From: Piedraia hortae CBS 480.64
Taxonomy: Eukaryota
DNA length: 64,000 nucleotides
Assembly (NCBI GenBank): GCA_010093745.1
Contig: MU005977.1
Span: forward strand, 124,116-188,115
Direction of reading: 5' to 3'
Shown: one piece after another, positions 56,400-64,000 of the stretch
Layout of the letters: every line of letters starts with the position of its first letter
How positions within the stretch are numbered: position 1 is the stretch's first letter
Translations under genes and position numbers: made by a program
The notes under the pieces: model-generated
The model's database searches: none
What the model was told of the DNA's origin: nothing
What the model saw: the letters and a program-made list of their open reading frames with translations, nothing else

Positions 56400-56572
56400 C
56401 AGTCAAACCTGGATATAGCAGACACTAGATACAGCGGATTCATCTTTATAGCGGATTTTCAGCACACCCAAACTTGTCTCCACTCACCTGTAGGTACCTG
56501 AATACAGCGGATCCTTGAAATAGCGAACAGAATTCCTATGCCTGACCAATCCGCTATAACCAGGTTTGACTG
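56400..56572. mobile_element. 173-bp MITE (Tc1/mariner-pogo type) with TIRs and TA target duplication
   Basis: TA|CAGTCAAACCTGGATATAGC ... GCTATAACCAGGTTTGACTG|TA; 13-bp perfect TIR core, extending with mismatches; internal TA(C/T)AGCGGAT repeats. Confidence 0.88.
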
Positions 56573-56679
56573 TATGCAAAAAAACTTGCGGTCTTTACCA
56601 AGTCCGCAATGGGCACGTAGAGAGTATGCGATCAGTGTTGATGGCAGGGTCTGTATCGGGTTACGGAAGCCACCTCCCG

Positions 56680-58030
56680 TAAACGACTAGTTCCAGTTTT
56701 TCGCTTGTCTCGGGGAAAGGTAGCTGGAGAAACCACCCTTATTGCCCGCGTCAAGGCACAGGGCGAACTCCCAAAGGTGATCGCCAACCACAGCGAGGTA
56801 CAGCGTGTCCTGTCAGAGATACTTTACCACCCTCAGAAGGAGTGAATGAAGCATCTCACACGAGAAGTTTTGATGGACGTCAAAGCCTTCAACACAGTAG
56901 AGCTCCGTTAGAGGGTGCCTAATACTTACAAGGCTGGCTTCCTGCGCCGTAAGTCCCTTTGTGTGCCGCAGCACTTGGGGACGCGAAACGTCAGCCATAT
57001 TCTCCCATTTTGTGGCTGTCAAGAGGCACCAAAAACGTTGCCGGCAGAGATGTGTACCGGTCCAGATGTGTGAGCAAAGGTCAGAAGCGGCCGGGTTGCC
57101 CCCGGCCTCGCGGTGAGTCTGATACAACCATTGATATAATGAACACTTCTGATGTTCCTTACCCAGCGGCCTGATCCTTCAGGACATTTCCAGATACAGC
57201 TGGAAGCTCAAAAGCGATCAGGGAGCCGGACTCCTTGATTGCAATACGACTTCTTCTGGGGCAGCCAGATTGGCTAGCCTTGAATTGTCTAGCCTAGCCA
57301 TAGTATATAGAGTATACAATGGTCAGCAAGTTATTTCCTGGTCTGCAAGACCCTACAAAGATTCCTGAAACTAGTTTGTAGCAGGTAGTGTTTTCAGCGT
57401 GTTCAGGCCTGTGGACGGACCGAGTTCTGGCCTGTACAGCCATGTGGCCTGTGAGTTCGTGGGGTATCAGCCTGTACAGACCGAAAGTCGAGGTTATGCA
57501 GCTTCAGGAAACTTACGATATTGGCTGACGCAGGGTTGGCTGTATACTCCCAAGTTGACGGGTCGCACTTAAAGCCATCTCTGCCTTACCTCAAGAAAGA
57601 GGCAAAACTGAATCTCCGTAAGGTCTCGCAGGCAGGATGGTACAAGGCAGCCCCGAAGCGTACAAAGCTCTGGGGATCAACCTGCATACTCCTCGCAGCC
57701 GGAAGACCGAACATGGACTCAGACGCCAGGCTCTCAGCCATCTGGTCGCGGCAAGATCCTGCCACGGCGATTTAAAGCTTATCATGAGCGCTTCAAGCAC
57801 CATTTTGCCATCGACACCTGCAACTGCGGGCGTGACAAAACGCCCATCCACTTCTTCTTCTGCGACTTGGCTCGATGGAGATGGGAAGGACTGTTGGAAA
57901 AGGAGAGGGGGGACTAGCCTGCGGGACACCGTAGACTGGGACCTCACCCCGCCACCCGGCGCCCGCACTTTCGGCGAATTTGTGTAGAACACATCCTTCT
58001 TCAAGGTCATCTGCCCGTCTTACCGGCGGG
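56680..58030 (+). mobile_element. Decayed non-LTR retrotransposon (Tad1-like LINE ORF2 remnant)
   Basis: Frameshifted C-terminal LSHLVAARSCHGD-YHERFKH..CNCGRDKTPIHFFFC (CCHC finger) and FFKVICP end at about 57720-58020; weaker RT-like fragments ACLG (about 56703) and LMDVKAFNTV (about 56870). Confidence 0.7.
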
Positions 58031-58483
58031 CTGCAACGAGGTAGGCGGTGCGGAGGTCTCTTCCCGGCCCCGCTGCTGACATGCCGGGGGAGGGGTTCAG
58101 CGAGCCCTTCCCCTCAAAGCTACACCCAATGCGATCAAGACAGTCAGGCCAACCGGGGTAGTGTTGGTCCGACGTTGAGCTGCTGGCGCATTGCGCTTTT
58201 GAATATAATTCTGTTCCCCACTGGGGGAACGTGTCTAGTTGCCCCTCGGGAGGGGTTCCGCTGGGTCGTTAAAATAGTAAACCAACCGAACCATATGATA
58301 CTATGATAGAACGCCCCAAGGTTACTGACGCTGATCACCCGGATTTTCCCTTTGGACGAGTGCGGCTGCCTCCGCCTCACGTGGTTGCAAATTCGAAAGG
58401 ACCAATCAGAATACGTTAATTATCTACCCGGAGATGTATGATACACCAGACGCCAGGCTATGCATTAGTAAAACCACATCAAC

Positions 58484-59473
58484 TCATTTTCGCCCTAGCC
58501 TTTGACCTTCGCCTTTAAATTCCGTTTGCGTTTGCTCTTCAGCTTTCATGCTCTTCTTCAGCGGCTTGACTTCATAGCCAAAGAAAAGCTTCCCCGGTGG
58601 GAGACGAAGCGGTTGAGGGCCGGTAAGACGATTTCCTGACGTTGGGATACTGCTTGCTGGCAGAGGAACAGACCTTTCTGGCGCCTTTCCTTTACTGGAC
58701 AGAGTTCCACCAGACCCTATGAAAGCCGAAGCTGCCTGGCCTTGCGCCGCCGTGGTTCCTAAAGGAGCAATGGAAGAGAAGTTGATAGCCTTAGCCATGC
58801 TTCCTTCGGTGTGAACAGTCCCGCTTTTGGCAGCCATGGTCGACTTTATGCCGTTGGAAGCTCCAGCCTTGGGTTCCTCGTACCCGATTGGCGGAGCAAA
58901 GTCAACTTCGAGATCTGTTTCTTGGACCGAAATGGCATGCGAAGAGGACAGATCAGGCTTTACCTCCAACACTGCAATCTCATATGTTGTCTCATTATAG
59001 AAAAAGGTAAAAACGTCGCCGACAGTCAAACAAGAGAAGTTGCCAAATGCCGTCTCCAGCACAGCTTTCGGATCTGAAATGTCGAGAAAGTTTTTGTCTT
59101 GTGGTTGCAGCTTGATGAATGATCCGAGCGGCAAGTCTGTTGATTTTATCTGCACGAGATCGCCGGGCTCCAGGCGACACGTTTGCATCAACCAGAAAGG
59201 TAGGTAACATCGGCCTTCTTCGGCAGTAAATTCTAGCACACCGGCATGCGTCTTTGTGCCGTGGGCCCCGTTTATTACCTCAAACAGCATAGGATAAGTG
59301 ATATGTAGCTGCGTAAGCCTGTTAAGCGCTGACGCTGGCATGAACAATTTGCCTCCATGGTTGGCATCTACACGTTCTGGTCCGGGCATCATGGCGATGG
59401 GATAACATCGATAGTATTCATCAAAGCGGCGAGGACGGCCTCGCTGCATCATCGCGCTTGAGTACATGTCCAT
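58484..59473 (-). CDS. UFD1: Ubiquitin fusion degradation protein Ufd1 (Cdc48 cofactor)
   Basis: RFDEYYRCYP, GGKLFMPASAL, YPMLFE, THAGVLEFTAEEG, FLDISDPKAVLE, ETDLEVDFAPPIGY, SHP box FKGEGQRL. Confidence 0.96.
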   Translation of the reverse strand: MDMYSSAMMQRGRPRRFDEYYRCYPIAMMPGPERVDANHGGKLFMPASALNRLTQLHITYPMLFEVINGAHGTKTHAGVLEFTAEEGRCYLPFWLMQTCRLEPGDLVQIKSTDLPLGSFIKLQPQDKNFLDISDPKAVLETAFGNFSCLTVGDVFTFFYNETTYEIAVLEVKPDLSSSHAISVQETDLEVDFAPPIGYEEPKAGASNGIKSTMAAKSGTVHTEGSMAKAINFSSIAPLGTTAAQGQAASAFIGSGGTLSSKGKAPERSVPLPASSIPTSGNRLTGPQPLRLPPGKLFFGYEVKPLKKSMKAEEQTQTEFKGEGQRLGRK

Positions 59474-59758
59474 GCTGAAGCGTTTGGGAAGAAAAGGCAG
59501 CAACTATGTGGCCTTGGCTCGACGTCTCATGTGCGAGGCCAAATTCGGAATAGCGCAGCTCACACAACTACATCTCATTGGACGGCTCGCAGCCGCTGAG
59601 TCATCAATCGCCCTTCATGAACACCTAAAACAGTTACAAAGTCACAAACGAGAACAAATTCGCAGCACAGTTAAATGCTCAATACCCTAACGCCAGTCCA
59701 AGGCCCGACGTTCGAGGTAGCTCCTTTTACCATGCAAAGACCATCTACATGAACCATT

Positions 59759-61269
59759 CTAGCTCTGCTTGCACTCGGTCGCCTCTTGCTTCGGCTTTGA
59801 GCCATCCTCCTCATCCAGTTAGCATCGTAACCAAAACTGCCTTCGTCAAAACTTACCTCATCCTCTTCGTCTTCGTCGTCGTCTTCATCACGATCGTCAT
59901 CATCCTCATCCTCGTCGTCATCTTCAAACTCGTCATCATCATCCAGGTCGAAACCATGCTCGTACTGCAAGGCTTCTCCAGTGAACCAGTCAATTGCACG
60001 CGGGATCAGTTTCTCCTTAATGTCCTCACCAAGCTGGTAGTCGAGTTCAAGCTTAGCCTCGACCTCGTCCTCAACCACGTCCTCATCGGGACCGGGCGGA
60101 GTAGCCGGGTTGAAGAAGTCGAAGAACGAAGGCGTCGGGATGGTTTTCTTGACGATACGGGTCTGCTTGGTGTCTGCACATGTTAGCCGCGTCAACCATT
60201 CTCATCGGTATACCTACTCTTATTCCTTTGCTTTTTACTCTCAACCTTAACTGTCAAGTCTTTATTGGGCATCCATTCTATCTTGTCTCCCTCGGCGTGA
60301 TCGTAGATAAAGTCCCCGCCGTATCCGCTTTCCTCCTGGTAGTAATACGTTTTGTGGAGAATCTTATTCGAGAAGAAGTCGTTTTCTTCGAATTCAAAGA
60401 TAAGACGGAAGCCAGGGCGGTCCAGGTACTCCATGCGGACGTCGATCAGGTGCTTGAGCGCCTCTTCATCACGGTCGGTGATGGTCTCGGCCAAAGACGA
60501 GTTCTTCATCGCACTAAGCCAGAACTCGGGAATACCTTTCACGGCGGCGCCCTCATCCTTGGTCGACTCTTCTTTGGTAGTCTTGACCTCCTCATCCTCG
60601 TCAGCCTCACCAGCCTTGACCTCCTGTTCGGTCGGTTCTGCTTTGCCGTTGACTATCTTGGCTCGTTTCTCGTACAAGGGCGTGAACTTGACAAAGTACT
60701 TCTTTTCAAGTTGAAGCACCTCTTCCTGGAACTCGGCTTCCAGCTTCGAGTGTTCCTTCTGCACTCCCTTCAATCCTGCAACGCGCTTCCGGACAGGTGC
60801 AGGGAGGGACTCAATGTATCCCGACGAGCGGCCGACAAGGGTCTGGAGCTTGTTCTGCATCATTGACACAAGCTTCGGGTTCTGGGCAAACTGTATGGGT
60901 CAGCTGATACCTCGCAAAAGGGTCCCATGTTCTATACAATCGATGCCGCAGCCGCGCGATCAAGTTCTTCTGTGTACGGTAAGTTTTCCTTGGTCACGGA
61001 ACTTGGAACATACGCACCTTCATTGATGCTCGCAATGGCAGGGGCCTGGGCATGCGACGAAATGGGAGCATTGCTAGCGGGGGCTTGAGGAGGTCAGCTT
61101 GTGCAGCAGTTATGCCGCCAAACACTTACTGTTCTGCGGTGTCTGCATGGCGTCAGTAACGGTAGCCCCTTGCGCAAACGCGGGAAAAGCAAAAAAGGCG
61201 CAATAGGGAGAGAGCACTTACTGGGGCAGGGTCGATGGACCGCTTGCCGCTGTTGGGGATGGCCGACAT
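59759..61269 (-). CDS. NAP1: Nucleosome assembly protein 1; multiple introns and micro-exons
   Basis: MSAIPN..PAP|TPQN|..; [61 protein letters not shown], acidic tail, ends CKQS. Confidence 0.95.
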
Positions 61270-61576
61270 GATGAGCCTTTGGAACAGCTGACGGCTGTGG
61301 GTGTTGGTGTTGGTGTTGATGTGGAAGCGGGTATTGAGGAAGATAAATGGGAATAAGCGTGGCTTTGGGGCTGCAGGAGCGTGGGTGTGGAAGCGTGTGT
61401 TGAGAAGTTGGCGCTGCAGTCGCCTTGGTGGGGTTCGCGTTGACGAAATTCTCTTGTGGAGGAGACTTGGTCCGTGCGCCGCAATTCGGGTGAATCCGTC
61501 ACTGGCCGCTCACAACGCCAGAATGGAACTGGGTGACACCTTGGCCGCCGAAGATGTTGCGGGCCAAATTTCAAAC

Positions 61577-61916
61577 ATGTCACAGTAAGTTGTATCACCT
61601 CACAGAATCCTCCCTGTTGACTTCCTGTAGAAAGGAAAAGGAAGAGCTCGAAAAATTTGTGCGCGGCGCGACTCAAAAAGCCAAACTCCAGGAAAACATC
61701 CATCGTGTGACCGACATGTAGGTCTATTTGATAAAATGGATATGAATCTTTTCCTGACGATCTGGCAGTTGTTTTAGAAAATGCATTATCACTAATATCT
61801 CAGCACCCAAGTTGGATCGCAACGAGGAGCCTTGTCTACAAAACTGCGTTGACCGTTTCCTTGATACCAGCGGCCTCATAATCTCGCAGCTGGAGCATAT
61901 TAGGACGACGAAATAG
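61577..61916 (+). CDS. TIM8: Mitochondrial IMS chaperone small Tim (twin CX3C); 2 introns
   Basis: Spliced MSQKEKEELEKFV..QKAKLQENIHRVTDICFRKC..LDRNEEPCLQNCVDRFLD. Confidence 0.88.
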
Positions 61917-62030
61917 AGGGGCTTGTATAACTATGCAGTGTGCAATAGACGAGCGTGTAGTACTGTGGTAGTAGCAGTAGAAAGACACTTAAATTGCGCG
62001 CTACGTGCCTGAATTCTCTGCCTAGCCACT

Positions 62031-62682
62031 TCAAACGATTGCCAGCTTGGTTGCTGCAATGTCAAGCGCATCCACGTCGGGCGTCAGACGCGCAAAAGCC
62101 TTCTTGGAGCCATCAGGCCTGTCATCGGGTCAGTATAGATTTGAACCCTTTCACTGCTCTGCATACCGAATGAGGGTGTTGATGCGAAGAGCATCAACGT
62201 CGTACAGCTTCTTCAGAGCCTCTTTGATCTGACGCTTGTTGGCCTTGACGTCTACAATGAAAACAAGAGTGTTGTTCTCTTCGATTTTCTTCATGGCGCT
62301 CTCCGTGTTGAGCGGATGAATGATGACCTTGCCCGCATCAAGTCGGGGCTGCGAAGGGATCGACTTGCGCGGGTACTTGGGCGAACGCGACAAGCGAAGC
62401 GTCTTCGGTCGGTGGAACGTGGTGTTGGTGCGGACTTTGTGCACTTTGTGCGAGTTGACCTGTAGTAAAACAGGCCGTCAGAATGATGGGTTGCTCTGAC
62501 ACGCCTCAATTGTGCTCATGGCGGGATGCTTACTCCGCGTAGAGTGGCCTTTGCGGCCGCCGACGCCTTTGCGGAAGGCTTCTTGGAACCTGCGAATGTC
62601 AGAAAAGCAGCCAGCATAGACATCAGTGGTGCACACCCGCTCCGCCTTTAGTATTCTTCTTGCCGGTATCTTTGGGTGCCAT
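62031..62682 (-). CDS. RPL25: 60S ribosomal protein L25 (uL23); 3 introns
   Basis: MAPKDTGKK.., [59 protein letters not shown]. Confidence 0.96.
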
Positions 62683-64000
62683 GTTGCTTGTCAGGAGTGT
62701 GGTAGTGGTCAACGCAGATCAGAAGTCGCAAAATTTCGGCGTGGGCTCGGCGGCTGCCGCCGGCCCGATGCCAAGCCGCTATGCGCTAACCCAGAAACGT
62801 GACAAGGTGTCGCCTGATTATGATTATCATAATCAGGCAACAAATAGGTATCATAATATGATATCTATTCGACAAGTAGCTTCTAGATAGTCTACTCAGT
62901 ACTCTTATCGTTCCTATCCGTGGAAAGTAATTTCCACCCTCCGCTAGGGGGTGGGCGACAGTGATATGATACTGTGTCCATCCCCAGCCAACACACCCGA
63001 TTCGTCAGCATACCATGTGCAGGGCTTGTCCGCGCTAATCAGACGTCCCTCTTCGTGTTCATTTTATGCTGGCCGGTGGAAGCGTTGGCTGGAAATGGGC
63101 GTCGTATCATATCGCTGTCACCCATATCCTAGTGGGGAATGTATATCTCTTCCCATGGATATCCTATCAAGCTAGACAACTCTGTTGCTTGTCAGACATC
63201 TTGAGAAGTGGGCCATCGATCTCTACAGTATAGGTATACTACCCGCTTTCGAGCTCCGAATACCCGTAAACAGTCGATATCATATAACGTGGGATTCTCC
63301 TTCCGCAGCTAAGGGCATCACGACATGGTAAAGTTCCAAGTAGTTGTCCAAGGGTTCTGCAATTTCTGATAGATCGTTGGCTCAAGGAGCTTTGTGACGT
63401 AGGCCATTCTGTACTTAAAACCAGTCCAGGCCAACAAAGACATTTTCTCGTAAGTGTCCGCGGTGTTGTAGGACGCTGAGATGGCAACAAAGTGGGTACT
63501 TTACTCCGACCATACGCCAAAGATAAACCCGAAGCTTAGCGGGAGTTCACAGCACCTGCGGATGGTTGCGGCCGCTCAATCTCAGATCGTAGGAAAGATC
63601 ACGGCGAGATGTCGCCAACGCACAGCGTTGGCGACATCTAAACCTGGCTGATATACCTTTGGACATAGTATTGTCACTCCGCTGTGGCACATCTACGACA
63701 TAAAGTCTGGGGGTAGGCACGAACCTAGCCTTACACATCGATGAGGTTCATCATCCGACAATGTTCAAATGCAAGTGTGAAGTGCTGTGGCGCTCGTTTA
63801 ACGTCGAATCGATTGCAATCGTGTAGGGCCCTTATAGTCGGATATACATTGGCTCTTGAACAGAGTTACTGGAGTTAAAGTGCAAAGTCAATGTCGATAG
63901 GCTTTGAAATATAGTCCGAAGCATTGATGGTGACCCAAAATGGACCTGATTTTGAATTCCCCTCGATGAGTTTGAGTCTGTAATACTAGGCTATTACCTG

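Noticed and set aside
62461..62533. Possible intronic snoRNA in the longer RPL25 intron
   Set aside because: No proper box C (RUGAUGA); the CTGA is explained by the branch point.
62900..64000. Short ORFs at the right end
   Set aside because: No recognisable family; likely intergenic or decayed sequence.

Overview
Eukaryotic DNA from a filamentous ascomycete (Pezizomycotina-type genes; the compact layout suggests a streamlined genome, but the taxon is inferred only). The window holds about 30 protein-coding genes, mostly housekeeping, with very short introns (mostly 43-50 nt), micro-exons and very small intergenic gaps. It also has a 485-nt N gap and several gene-free islands containing transposon relics: a 173-bp TA-flanked MITE and a decayed Tad1-like LINE. 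The main observation concerns purine biosynthesis. The usual fungal bifunctional GARS-AIRS gene (ADE5,7) is split. GAR synthetase is a stand-alone gene at 3996-5309, and AIR synthetase is fused in frame to the C-terminus of homoserine kinase (THR1) at 16041-18210, about 11 kb away. This joins threonine and purine biosynthesis in one polypeptide. Other points: Ste12 lacks the zinc-finger introns that allow exon skipping in other fungi; genes in the left 18 kb flip from C-rich to G-rich along their length; and a transporter and arylsulfatase form a divergent pair with a CYS3-like site. All calls come from reading the sequence and from recalled family motifs; no database searches were run.
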